From: Verrucomicrobiia bacterium
Lineage (GTDB): Bacteria > Verrucomicrobiota > Verrucomicrobiia > Limisphaerales > UBA1319
Direction of reading: 5' to 3'
NCBI GenBank assembly: GCA_963664225.1
Contig: OY760937.1
Coordinates: 3,072,001-3,136,000 of the forward strand
Length of the DNA: 64,000 nt
Of this stretch, positions 37,896 through 47,771 are shown piece by piece. Every line of letters starts with the position of its first letter. Within the stretch, counting starts at the first letter, position 1. Position numbers and translations under genes: made by a program. Below the pieces are notes generated by a model, which saw nothing but the letters and a program-made list of their open reading frames with translations, did no database searches and had not been told where the DNA came from.

Positions 37896-40800
37896 ATGGA
37901 CATTCAAAATCACCGTCAAATGTCGCTCAACCACCTGTTTGGAAAGTTATCCCGGGGAATATGCGCGGCGATCTGCCTTTTGCTGGCGACGCACGTCCAT
38001 GCTGTGATTCGGCCGCCTATTGTACCCATTGCACCGATTGCAGGTCATGTGCCCGCGGTAGTGCCGGGCCTCAAGTCCGTGGGTCGCCTGCCGCAGACAA
38101 ACCATCTGCACCTGGTGATCGGATTGCCCTTGCGCAACCCGTCCACGCTGGAGGGTTTGATGACCGAACTACATGACCCGGGCAGTCCCAATTACCGCCA
38201 GTGGCTCACGCCGGGGCAATTCACCGAGAAATTCGGACCCACTGAGGAGGATTACCAAAAGGTGCTGGGTTTCGCCAAAGCCAATGGCCTGAAGGTCACC
38301 GGCCAGCATTCCGGTCGGATGATGGTCGAGGTGGACGCCCCTGTGGCGATTGTCGAACAGGCCTTTCACATCGCGCTGCATACTTACGCGCATCCGAAGG
38401 AAAACCGCCTTTTTTACGCCCCCGACACCAATCCAACGGTCGATACCGATCTTCCCATTCTACACATCAGCGGCTTGGATAACTACATCGTGCCCCATCG
38501 CCTTGGCGAATCGCTCAAACCCATTACGGCATCCACGACTTCCACGAATTCCACCAGCGGAGGTATCACGCCGTATGCCACTTCCATCATCAACGGAAAT
38601 TTCATTGGCAAGGACTTCCGTAACGCCTATGTGCCGGGAGTCACAAATACCGGCGCGGGACAGTATATCGCCATCGTGGATGTGGGCGGACCTTACTGGC
38701 CGTTGGATGTTTACATGTATGAGACCAATGCGGGTTACTCCACCAACATTGTCATCACAAACATTCTGTGCTCTGGAGGCACCGGCATTCCTGCCAGCAC
38801 CAATGTCGATGAAGGCGAACAGGTGCTGGACATCGACATGGCACTCTCGATGGCTCCCGATGCCGTCATTCTTAACTACGAAGGTGAGGCCCACGCCGTA
38901 TTCGGCCGCATCGCCAGTGATAACCTGGCCAAACAAATGACCCTGTCGTATGGCTTTGGAATCGACTCCACCATTCTCCAGATCTTTCAGCAATTCCTGG
39001 CCCAAGGACAGGCGCTCTGCCAGGCCTCCGGGGACGGCGGCGGCGATCCCAACGGCGGAACCGGGCTGACCGGCTCGCCCTATGCCACCATCGTGGGCGG
39101 GTCGCACCTGAGCATGAGCGCTGGCAAATGGGCCTCCGATGTGGTCTGGGGCGGCAGCGGCGGCGGCATTAGCGGCTATGGGATTCCCAACTGGCAGCTG
39201 GGCGTTGCAACCATTGCCAATCAAGGCTCGACGGTGTATCGCAACTATCCGGACGTCTCGATGCCCGCGGATTATATTTTCACCGTCTATAAACATGGTC
39301 AACTCGTGGGCGGCACCGGTGGCACGAGCGCTTCCTCGCCGCTGTGGGCCGGGTTCATGGCCCTGGCCAACCAGCAGGCCGCATCGCTCGGCAAGCCTGC
39401 CATCGGATTTCCGAACCCCGCCATTTATGCCATCGGCAAAGGTCCCAGCGCCACCTATACCAGGTGCTTCCATGATATTACTTCGGGCAACAGCGGGCGC
39501 TACACGGCCACCGCAGGTTACGACCTGAGCACGGGTTGGGGAACTCCCACCGGCAGCAACACCATTGCGGCATTAATCGGCACGGGCACGAACGACTTCA
39601 TGTTTTTCGCGTCCAGGGACTCACTCAGTTTCCTGCGCGGCACCACGGCCGCGAGCGCCTCCACTGCTTTGACAGTCACCCGCATGAATGGTTATTCCGG
39701 CAGCGCCACCTTTACCATCTCGGGTCTGCCGACTGGTGTGAGCGCCGCGTTCAGTCCGGTAACAACCTCCACCACCAGCACATTGACACTGACAGTAGTC
39801 AGCACCGCTCCGGCGGGCACCTTCACTTCCGTCATCACCGCAACCTCGGGCGAGCTCGTCCACTCCGTCAACCTGACCCTGACCATTGCAAATCCGATCC
39901 CCGGCACCACTCAAATCAGCCTGGCCTCTTACTATAACCGCACTGGTTTCTATACGGACGGACGCGCCTTCGGCACGGGCTTCGATGGAAGCTATGCGGC
40001 CATGTCGGCGACGCTGCTGGGTTCGTGGGTGGGCTGGAATGGCTGCGTTTTCAATCTCGGGCCTGCCAATGCTCCCGATGTGATCTACTGTGCCGGCCAG
40101 ACCATCCCGATTACTGGCGCCAACACCACCACCCTTCTGATGCTGGCCGCCGGTGTTAATGGCAACCAGCTATCCAATAAATTCGTCCTTACTTATACTG
40201 ATAATACTAAAGTCACCAATACACAAAGCTTCAGTGACTGGGCCAAAGCGAGTTACTTCCCCGGTGAATCCGTGGCCGTGGCGATGGCTTACCGCAATGT
40301 CCAGCAAGGCGCGCAGGAGACCGGCACCCCCGTCAACCTTGATGGTTACAGCTTTAATCTCAACCAGGCCAAAACCCTGAAGAGCATCACCCTACCCAAC
40401 AATGCGAACATCGTCATCGCAGCGATGGTGCTGGCCAATGATCCGGTCACCGTTTCGCTGGCGTCGCTTTATAATCGCGCCGGAATCTATTCTGATGGCA
40501 CCAACTTCAGCAACGGGGGAATCGACGGCAGCGGTTACGCGTATTCCGCAGCGCTGTTGGGAGGTTCATTCAACTGGACCAACACATCCTTCAGCCTTGG
40601 TCCCGCCAATACCTTGAATGTCATTAGCTGCGCCGGCCAGGTGGCCCCATTGCCCGCCGGCAACTTCTACAATCTGCGTATGCTCGCAACAGGAATTCAG
40701 GGTAATCAGACTTCGCAATCCTTTATAGTGAACTATACGGATGGTAGTAGCTCCACGTTTGTACAAAGCCTCAGCGACTGGTATTCGCCGCAGAACTACG

Positions 40801-41459
40801 CCGGAGAAAGCAAGGCGGTCGTCATGGGCTACCGCAACTCCAGCGGCGGCGGTAAGGACAGCCGCGTGTTTAATCTCTATGGTTATTCCTTCGCGCTCAA
40901 CAGCACCAAGACCGTGGCCAGCATCAGAATGCCGGGCAACGGCAACGTCATCGTTGCGGCAATCAGTTTGGTTCCCAACTGGCAGCCGCTCTTCAATGCC
41001 AGCACTTTCACCCTGGCGAGCATCATGGCCGGAAATCCTTTCACAGGATCCCTGACGACGAATGTTTACGATCTCAATGGTGGCGTCCTCACCTACTCCA
41101 AGGTCAGCGGTCCCGGCTGGCTGACCGTGCAGGGCAATGGCGTTCTCTCGGGTACGCCGCTTTCCGCGGACGTCGGCGACAATGGCTTTGTGGTCAGCGT
41201 CACGGATTCAGGCAACCTGTCGGGCACGGCCACGATGAACATCGCCGTAACGGCCGCGCCTCCGATCGTGTCGTCCATTTCACGGGACAGCACCAATTTG
41301 GTGGTTCAATGGACCGGCGGCATCGCGCCCTATCAGGTGCAGGTGGCGACAAACCTGTCAGTCACCCATTGGGACAACATCGGCGGTCCGATCGGCTCCA
41401 ACAGTTTCAACATCACACCCGACTTGTCCGAATCCTATTACCGGATCATGGGCCAATAA
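37896..41459 (+). CDS. Secreted S53 (sedolisin/kumamolisin) peptidase with pro-domain and multiple C-terminal beta domains
   Basis: Pro-kumamolisin region (SPNYRQWLTP.QF..KFGP), E...LD, ASGDGG, YPDVS, GGTSASSP, YDLSTGWGTP; tandem repeat domains and an Ig-like LSGTP module. Confidence 0.92.
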   Translation: MDIQNHRQMSLNHLFGKLSRGICAAICLLLATHVHAVIRPPIVPIAPIAGHVPAVVPGLKSVGRLPQTNHLHLVIGLPLRNPSTLEGLMTELHDPGSPNYRQWLTPGQFTEKFGPTEEDYQKVLGFAKANGLKVTGQHSGRMMVEVDAPVAIVEQAFHIALHTYAHPKENRLFYAPDTNPTVDTDLPILHISGLDNYIVPHRLGESLKPITASTTSTNSTSGGITPYATSIINGNFIGKDFRNAYVPGVTNTGAGQYIAIVDVGGPYWPLDVYMYETNAGYSTNIVITNILCSGGTGIPASTNVDEGEQVLDIDMALSMAPDAVILNYEGEAHAVFGRIASDNLAKQMTLSYGFGIDSTILQIFQQFLAQGQALCQASGDGGGDPNGGTGLTGSPYATIVGGSHLSMSAGKWASDVVWGGSGGGISGYGIPNWQLGVATIANQGSTVYRNYPDVSMPADYIFTVYKHGQLVGGTGGTSASSPLWAGFMALANQQAASLGKPAIGFPNPAIYAIGKGPSATYTRCFHDITSGNSGRYTATAGYDLSTGWGTPTGSNTIAALIGTGTNDFMFFASRDSLSFLRGTTAASASTALTVTRMNGYSGSATFTISGLPTGVSAAFSPVTTSTTSTLTLTVVSTAPAGTFTSVITATSGELVHSVNLTLTIANPIPGTTQISLASYYNRTGFYTDGRAFGTGFDGSYAAMSATLLGSWVGWNGCVFNLGPANAPDVIYCAGQTIPITGANTTTLLMLAAGVNGNQLSNKFVLTYTDNTKVTNTQSFSDWAKASYFPGESVAVAMAYRNVQQGAQETGTPVNLDGYSFNLNQAKTLKSITLPNNANIVIAAMVLANDPVTVSLASLYNRAGIYSDGTNFSNGGIDGSGYAYSAALLGGSFNWTNTSFSLGPANTLNVISCAGQVAPLPAGNFYNLRMLATGIQGNQTSQSFIVNYTDGSSSTFVQSLSDWYSPQNYAGESKAVVMGYRNSSGGGKDSRVFNLYGYSFALNSTKTVASIRMPGNGNVIVAAISLVPNWQPLFNASTFTLASIMAGNPFTGSLTTNVYDLNGGVLTYSKVSGPGWLTVQGNGVLSGTPLSADVGDNGFVVSVTDSGNLSGTATMNIAVTAAPPIVSSISRDSTNLVVQWTGGIAPYQVQVATNLSVTHWDNIGGPIGSNSFNITPDLSESYYRIMGQ

Positions 41460-41655
41460 CCGGTTTGGCGAGCCTCCTGCGGATGGAAGCGATGGAGGAG
41501 CCGGTGATGCAACGGCGCCGATCAACTCACAAACACCCCAAAATCTGAAACGCCTCGGGAAAATGCGGGTAATTCTCGAAAATGACGTGATCATCGGATG
41601 TGCATTATTGCCCTCGAAGGAGGGTGCGCACTTTCTGCAATGATTTCATGACCTC

Positions 41656-43197
41656 TCAAAACGGTTTGCGACGCTCAATTTTGAAGACGTACGCGTAATC
41701 GCAGGGTTTCGTCTTTGGGGTTTCAATGCTCAGACTATCCTTTGTCATTTCCCATTTCAGGGGTTTGCCGTTGCCGAGCATGGTGATGGACACAATTTCT
41801 GAAGGATACAGTCCCGCCCATGTGTCGCCTCTCGGAGCGAGGCTTTTAATGAGCACCTTGTCACCAGGCCAATCGAGTGCCGTCGCGTAAAGATTGTGGT
41901 CCTTCACCGTGAAACGGATATCCTGTCCCGTGTAACGCAGGTCGTTCTTCTCGTTGAATCCACCGCCGCGCTCCAGATGGGTCGGCCCCTCTCCGGCCAG
42001 AACCCAGCAGGTGGTGCCATAGATGGCCTCGCCGTTGACATGGAGCCATTTCCCCAAATCCAACAACCGGTCTTTAGCTTCCTGCGGAATTGTGCCATCG
42101 GGTTTCGGGCCGACATTGAGCAGCAGATAACCGTTTTTGCTGACACGGTCCACGAGGTTATCGACAAGATTGTCGGTGGTCTTGAACCCCAGTCCCTTAA
42201 CATATCCCCATCCCTGGCCATCATCGATCGAAGTGTCGGTGATCCACTCGTAATAGGTCAAGTCGGCTTCCTGGCCCAGTTCGAGGTCGAGCAGGCCCGC
42301 GCCGGGGGGCAAGTGATGGCCTTTGTATGTGACCACCACTTCCTTTTTTCGCGCGGCGGCCTTGTTGTAATAGTGGGCCAGCATTTCCTGTTTGTAGATA
42401 TCGGGGATTAATTCTAGCCCAAAGTCGAACCAGACCATGTCAGGATCGTAATTGTCGATGACCTCAACGATCTTGCCCTTCCACTGGTCAAGAAACGCTT
42501 TTGTGGGCAGGGCGCCCTTTTCATGGATGGGACCGTAGAGGCCGGAATAGCGTGGGTCACCACAGTCGTAGCGCTTGTCCCAGGTTGGGAAATAGAACCA
42601 GTTCTCGGCATGATGGAATGCGGTGACGAATTTCATGTCGTGCCTCTTGATTGCCTTGGAGAGTTCACCCACGACATCCCGCTTGGGACCCATTTTGGCC
42701 GCGTTCCAGTCCGAATACTTCGTGTCCCACATCGAGAAACCGTCGTGATGCTCCGCGACGGGTCCGGCAAATCGCGCGCCCGATTTTTGGAACAAGTCGG
42801 CCCATTCCTCGGCGTTGAACTTTTCGCCGGTGAACATAGGAATGAAGTCCTTGTAGCCGAATTTCTCAAGCGGACCGTAGGTGGCCTCCTGGTATTTGCG
42901 TTCGGGCCCATTGGCATTCCAATAAACGTGGTTGGCATACCAGGTGCAGTTCGGTCCCTGGGCTGGAACGGAATAGACACCCCAATGCGTGTAGATGCCA
43001 AACTTGTCATCCCGCAGCCATTGCGGCGTGCGGATATTCTTTAGGGAATTCCAGGTGGGTTGATAGGGCTTCTCCGGCGCCGGGGCGCCTCGAAGATCGG
43101 TCTGGAGGCCGTCACCCGCTAACACTGCGAAAGCCGCTAGTAAAAACGCACGATGCAGGCTCTTCTTAAGGCACGACGGTATCATTTGGTACTCCAT
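41656..43197 (-). CDS. alpha-L-fucosidase (GH29)
   Basis: KFGIYTHWGVYSVP, EHHDGF, PDMVWFD, VSKNGYLLLNVGP. Confidence 0.95.
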   Translation of the reverse strand: MEYQMIPSCLKKSLHRAFLLAAFAVLAGDGLQTDLRGAPAPEKPYQPTWNSLKNIRTPQWLRDDKFGIYTHWGVYSVPAQGPNCTWYANHVYWNANGPERKYQEATYGPLEKFGYKDFIPMFTGEKFNAEEWADLFQKSGARFAGPVAEHHDGFSMWDTKYSDWNAAKMGPKRDVVGELSKAIKRHDMKFVTAFHHAENWFYFPTWDKRYDCGDPRYSGLYGPIHEKGALPTKAFLDQWKGKIVEVIDNYDPDMVWFDFGLELIPDIYKQEMLAHYYNKAAARKKEVVVTYKGHHLPPGAGLLDLELGQEADLTYYEWITDTSIDDGQGWGYVKGLGFKTTDNLVDNLVDRVSKNGYLLLNVGPKPDGTIPQEAKDRLLDLGKWLHVNGEAIYGTTCWVLAGEGPTHLERGGGFNEKNDLRYTGQDIRFTVKDHNLYATALDWPGDKVLIKSLAPRGDTWAGLYPSEIVSITMLGNGKPLKWEMTKDSLSIETPKTKPCDYAYVFKIERRKPF

Positions 43198-43392
43198 TAT
43201 TTCGGTCCGCGTTTACGGTCTGGAATGGATCCCATGCAAATAGCGGGGTTTGTGTGCAGTGTCACGATTAAATGCTTCTATTTCGAATTGCCCCGACTCC
43301 TCATTCCGCCACTGGCCGAATTAGATGTTTCGTGGCTTTGCGATTGACGCCGCTGAGGCACTTTATTAGGAAATGCAAATCAGGGTTGAGAA

Positions 43393-44595
43393 ATGCAAAC
43401 GCCAACAATGAATTCTCCCACAACCGACGGGGCTTCAATTCAAACCGCTTCTATGTCCGGACATTCATCTGCGGGACGTCTCGACTACATCGACAACCTG
43501 CGTTCGAGCATGATTTTTCTGGTGGTGGCGTTTCATACGACCATCACTTACAGCCACATTGGAAGTTGGTATTACCAGGAGCCGAATCGCGTGGACGGCG
43601 TTTCCGCCATTGCTTTCTTCACGTTTGAGGGACATTGCCAGGCGTTCTTCATGGGGCTGCTCTTCCTCCTCGCCGGCTATTTCGTTCCCGGCGCGTTTGA
43701 CCGCAAGGGTCTCCGGCGTTTCCTGATCGACCGCTTCGTGCGGCTCGGCCTGCCGTCGCTTGTTTATATTTTCGCGGTCCAACCGTTCCTGCAAAATCGC
43801 CTGCTGCACATCGGGGGGGACAACTTTCTGGATTATTATCGCGGCTATATCACGTCGGGCAATTTCCTCACCAGCAGCGGGCCGATGTGGTTCGCCTTGG
43901 CCTTGCTCGGCTTTTCAATGGTCTATGCACTGATCCGGGTCGTGATGCCAGATCGCGCAAGCACGTCCCGGCGGGCCGTTCCCGGCGTGGCGGCGCTGCT
44001 CGCTACCGGTGTGGCGATGGGTGTTGTTTCATTTCTGGTCCGGCTGGTGCAACCCATCGGCACCAATATCCTGAATATGCAGCTCTGTTTCTTCACGCAA
44101 TACATCGTGCTGTTCGCCGTGGGCATCATCGCGTTCCGCAACGATTGGTTTATGAGCCTGCCCAGGAGCCTCGGTTACCGCATGCTGGCCGGGGTGGCGA
44201 TAATCAGCCCGCCCGCGTTGGTGGCGCTGATCGTGTGGGGCGGATTTCCCGAACGCAGCCTGGCGCCCTACGTCGGCGGCTGGCAATGGCCGAGCGCGGC
44301 CTATGCGGTGTGGGAACAATTGGCCTGCGTGGCGCTGTGTGCCGGGCTGCTGGTGCTGTTCCGCGAGCGGTTCAACCACAGCAACCGGATTTCAAGGGTG
44401 CTGGCGGAGAATTCCTTCGGCATGTATTTCCTGCATGCGCCGGTGGTGGTCGCAGTGACATTGATGTTCGGCTGGCTGGCGCTGCCGCCCATCGCCAAGG
44501 CTGCGGTAATGGCCCCCATTACCTGCCTGGCCGTCCTGCTATTCGTGCATTTCGTGGCCCGCCGCATTCCTCTATTCAAGCGCATTCTGCGGTGA
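43393..44595 (+). CDS. Acyltransferase-3 family membrane protein (OpgC/MdoC-like)
   Basis: RLDYIDNLR, VVAFH, FFMGLLFLLAG, RFVRLGLP, PMWF, SFGMYFLH; about 10 TM. Confidence 0.9.
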   Translation: MQTPTMNSPTTDGASIQTASMSGHSSAGRLDYIDNLRSSMIFLVVAFHTTITYSHIGSWYYQEPNRVDGVSAIAFFTFEGHCQAFFMGLLFLLAGYFVPGAFDRKGLRRFLIDRFVRLGLPSLVYIFAVQPFLQNRLLHIGGDNFLDYYRGYITSGNFLTSSGPMWFALALLGFSMVYALIRVVMPDRASTSRRAVPGVAALLATGVAMGVVSFLVRLVQPIGTNILNMQLCFFTQYIVLFAVGIIAFRNDWFMSLPRSLGYRMLAGVAIISPPALVALIVWGGFPERSLAPYVGGWQWPSAAYAVWEQLACVALCAGLLVLFRERFNHSNRISRVLAENSFGMYFLHAPVVVAVTLMFGWLALPPIAKAAVMAPITCLAVLLFVHFVARRIPLFKRILR

Positions 44596-44654
44596 ATCGC
44601 GGTTGGGGTCGGGATGCGCCTTTGCGCGCACCCCATAACGAGATCCTCACTCTA

Positions 44655-47303
44655 TTATTTATTGGCCGCAGTGGTCTTTACGAGCAACTCCATCGTTTCG
44701 GCAATATCGTGCCGCAAAGCCAGGAGCTTCGTCGGATCCTGCAGGTAACCCTCGAAATAGTGTTCATCCCCGGCGGCCGTATAGTTGCCGCCGGCGATTT
44801 CGGCCCGCTGGAGCAGCCGTTCGGCCTGGACGATCAGGGCTGGCTGCGCCGCCGTTTTAGAGGCGGCCTTTAACCTGGCCAATTGATCACGCAGCATCCA
44901 TAGGTACTCGTGGTCCTCCAATCCTTCGCGCATGAGTTCGAATCGGATCGTGCTCAGCGGGGCTCCGTATTTTCCATTCATGCTTGGGAACCACCAGTTA
45001 TTGCCATAATTCCGTTGGCTTCCGTACCAACGCATGTCCGGCGTTACCGTCATCGCCCAGTCGCCGATCCAGAAGAAATCGTACTTCCAGTAGCTCCAGA
45101 ATTGCACGCGTGGAGCGATGGCCGGATCGCGGAGATTGAAGTAGCTGTGCATATAGTAATCTCCATAGCGCTTCCCCATCTTCCGCAGTTTCGCCAGCGT
45201 CGCCACTGGCGCCCGCGCCGTCCACAAGTCGAAAAGATTCAGAATCTCCGGATCGTCCGGCACGTCCCGGCCATTGACCACAAGCACGACGCGCGGATCG
45301 GCCTGTTTGATCAATCGCGCCAATTCGAGGGTCTTCTTCACCACCGCGTGGCCGGACGAAAAGCTGGGAATCTCGTCCGCCAGGAAGATCACCGGCCCAT
45401 TCCCGTTCTCGTCGATGCTGATGCCCCTGGCGCGGCAATGCTCGGCGATGGTCCTGATGTAGCGGAGCAGCTTCTCTTTGAACTCCGGGGTGAAGTCATC
45501 CTTCAAATCGTAAAGTGACGGGGCATACCTGGTCGCGTCCTTCTTGGGCAGGACCGGATCCCAATAGCGCATGTACCAATACTCCTTCTCTTCCTTGCCG
45601 CCGAATGTGAATTGATTGATGAAGTCGAGATAAGGCACGAGTGTCGGTTCATAGGCAAACCTCGGCCAGTGCAGCTCCTTGTAGCAATACTCGCGCGCCT
45701 GGTCGAACGCAGTAAAATCAATTTTGTCGAAATCCCAATGCCCGTCCGCGTTCTGCTTCCAGGGCACGCGCATCGCCCCGGCGTAATTGGGGCGCGGGCC
45801 GAATTGGGTTTCGTAAAGCCGGTGATCCGCAAAAAATCTCATCCGCGTGCGGTACTGCGCGACTTCTTCGTCGTCCCCGGTGGTCGTTCGGACCTTCGCC
45901 TTCGCCTCGGCCTCGTTATTTAGATCGATCTCGCTGTCGTAATAATAAACAGAGTCCGTGGCGAAGGCGCAAATGTGCGGTGTCGGGGCCAGCGCAAAGT
46001 CCCAAACCTTCAGCCTCAGTTTGACCTCGGCGAGTTTCTCCCCCTTGGCGGTCAGAACGAACGTGCCGCGATACGTTCCCGGCGCAGTCCCCGGCGGAAC
46101 TTTGGCCGTCACCCAGAAGACGGTGTTCTGCCCCTTCGGGCACGCGACACTTTCCTTTTGCAGCAGCAGGTCCGGGATCTCCTCATCGTAACTGGAATGC
46201 AGGCTACCAATCGGGTTGTAATTCAGATTCTCCACCGCAAGGGTCCCGCCTTTTTCATTGGTAAGCGGCGCCATGATCAGTTTCACATCCGCCAGATCCT
46301 TCTGCGAGGTGACCACGAGTTGGAATGGTTCGTACTCGCCCTGGGCGGCTTCGAGGACGACTTCTTCGCTCTCGGTCGTCGTGGCCGGAAGGGCTTCTTC
46401 AGGGAAAACCTTGCGCGTGGCATGGTCCGCCCAAAGAACCCAGGAGTCCGTCTTTTTCAGGACTTTCGCGGAGGACGCATTTGAGAAGTCCGGTTTGTCG
46501 CCGGGCTTCAGGTTGAGAGCGGCAGTGAACGCTTTCTCATAATTGCCCTGGAAGGGAGTCACCACAAAGGTGCATTTCTCCTTCATACCGACCTCAAACC
46601 TGGACGTGGTGCGCTCGCTGATGGCGCTCACGCACTCCTCTTTGACATGGGTGAAAACGAGTCCTTCCCCCGTCTCGCTGCTGAAGAAACACTCGGTCCA
46701 TGGAAACGGCGGGCCGGTGTGCAACCGGGGAGATTTCACGTCATCCAGCCGGATGCGCCCTGCCTTTGCCCCGTTCCTGCCGATCAACTCAGGATACGTT
46801 GCGGATTTATTCAACCTGGGTGTCAACGGCGCGTAGGGCAGGTTAAACCCGAACGTATCCGCCTGCTTGCATTCCAGCTCGTAGACGAATTTCACGGAGG
46901 CTCCCGTGACCGGAACCGTCACCCGTTGCGTCAGGTGGAAGTGTGGCGTATCGCCAGTGAACTCGACCGTCACCGCGCCATTGTTTTTCTCGATCCGGTG
47001 GCTGCCATTGGAAATCTGTCCGCCTGGATAGCCCGCATTCACTGAACGGAGCGCGCCATTCTCAACGTATTGGTAGTACAAACAGAAATTATTAACGATC
47101 AGGTTCTGGCCGCTGCCCGGCTTATAAACCAGTTCGCTCGGCACAAAGTTGAGCGCACCGTCAAACACCAGTCGCACGCTCTCGTTCTCGACCACCAACC
47201 GCTGGCCTGACTCCGCGACAATCACCTCCGCCTGGTTCGTCAGAACACCGACCAGCGACAGGGCAAGCATTAATGAAATGATATGGACACGGTTGTTCTT
47301 CAT
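44655..47303 (-). CDS. Secreted DUF4091/GH123-like protein
   Basis: Signal peptide; LEAAQGEYEPFQ, FWVT..VP...APGTYRG, LKVWDFAL, STIRFELMREGLEDHEYL. Confidence 0.8.
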   Translation of the reverse strand: MKNNRVHIISLMLALSLVGVLTNQAEVIVAESGQRLVVENESVRLVFDGALNFVPSELVYKPGSGQNLIVNNFCLYYQYVENGALRSVNAGYPGGQISNGSHRIEKNNGAVTVEFTGDTPHFHLTQRVTVPVTGASVKFVYELECKQADTFGFNLPYAPLTPRLNKSATYPELIGRNGAKAGRIRLDDVKSPRLHTGPPFPWTECFFSSETGEGLVFTHVKEECVSAISERTTSRFEVGMKEKCTFVVTPFQGNYEKAFTAALNLKPGDKPDFSNASSAKVLKKTDSWVLWADHATRKVFPEEALPATTTESEEVVLEAAQGEYEPFQLVVTSQKDLADVKLIMAPLTNEKGGTLAVENLNYNPIGSLHSSYDEEIPDLLLQKESVACPKGQNTVFWVTAKVPPGTAPGTYRGTFVLTAKGEKLAEVKLRLKVWDFALAPTPHICAFATDSVYYYDSEIDLNNEAEAKAKVRTTTGDDEEVAQYRTRMRFFADHRLYETQFGPRPNYAGAMRVPWKQNADGHWDFDKIDFTAFDQAREYCYKELHWPRFAYEPTLVPYLDFINQFTFGGKEEKEYWYMRYWDPVLPKKDATRYAPSLYDLKDDFTPEFKEKLLRYIRTIAEHCRARGISIDENGNGPVIFLADEIPSFSSGHAVVKKTLELARLIKQADPRVVLVVNGRDVPDDPEILNLFDLWTARAPVATLAKLRKMGKRYGDYYMHSYFNLRDPAIAPRVQFWSYWKYDFFWIGDWAMTVTPDMRWYGSQRNYGNNWWFPSMNGKYGAPLSTIRFELMREGLEDHEYLWMLRDQLARLKAASKTAAQPALIVQAERLLQRAEIAGGNYTAAGDEHYFEGYLQDPTKLLALRHDIAETMELLVKTTAANK

Positions 47304-47606
47304 AACGATGTGGGTTCCATGCTTCTACCCACCTCTGACGTCGAGGAACCACGATATATTCATCGCCATGCCGGGCGGCATCAAACGCACCAACAGCCCA
47401 CCCAGCATGCCGCCGGCGCAGCTCCCAATCCCACGCGCTCTCCAGCGCGCGAATGAGGTTGCGCGCACAAGCAAGCTCGAACCCGACTGGTCCGCACATT
47501 CACATGGAGCGGTGTGATGTTAAGGCTTAAATACATCCCAGGTCAATCGCTGAATTGAACCTGCTGCAGAGCAGGTGGATCAATTAACATCCCATGGAGT
47601 CGCGAT

Positions 47607-47697
47607 TGCTGCCGCCCATCGTCTTCCTGTGCGTTCTGGCGTTCGTGCATTTCGTGGACCGCCACAATCCGCTATTGAATCGCATCCTGCGGTGAAT
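47607..47697 (+). pseudogene. Remnant: diverged copy of the 3' end of the 43393..44595 acyltransferase
   Basis: LLPPIVFLCVLAFVHFVDRHNPLLNRILR* versus VMAPITCLAVLLFVHFVARRIPLFKRILR*; 49/57 nt identical (47641-47697 vs 44541-44597). Confidence 0.85.
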
Positions 47698-47706
47698 AGA
47701 GGCCAC

Positions 47707-47765
47707 ATTCATCGCAAAATATGCGGCGAATAATTGTTGTAATCGCCGCAGAATAAGCGGAGAAT
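47707..47765 (+). promoter_or_regulatory. Tandem imperfect palindromes upstream of the fic gene (likely operator)
   Basis: ATTCATCGCA-N5-TGCGGCGAAT and AATCGCCGCA-N5-AGCGGAGAAT, 34 bp apart. Confidence 0.55.
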
Positions 47766-47771
47766 AAAGCT

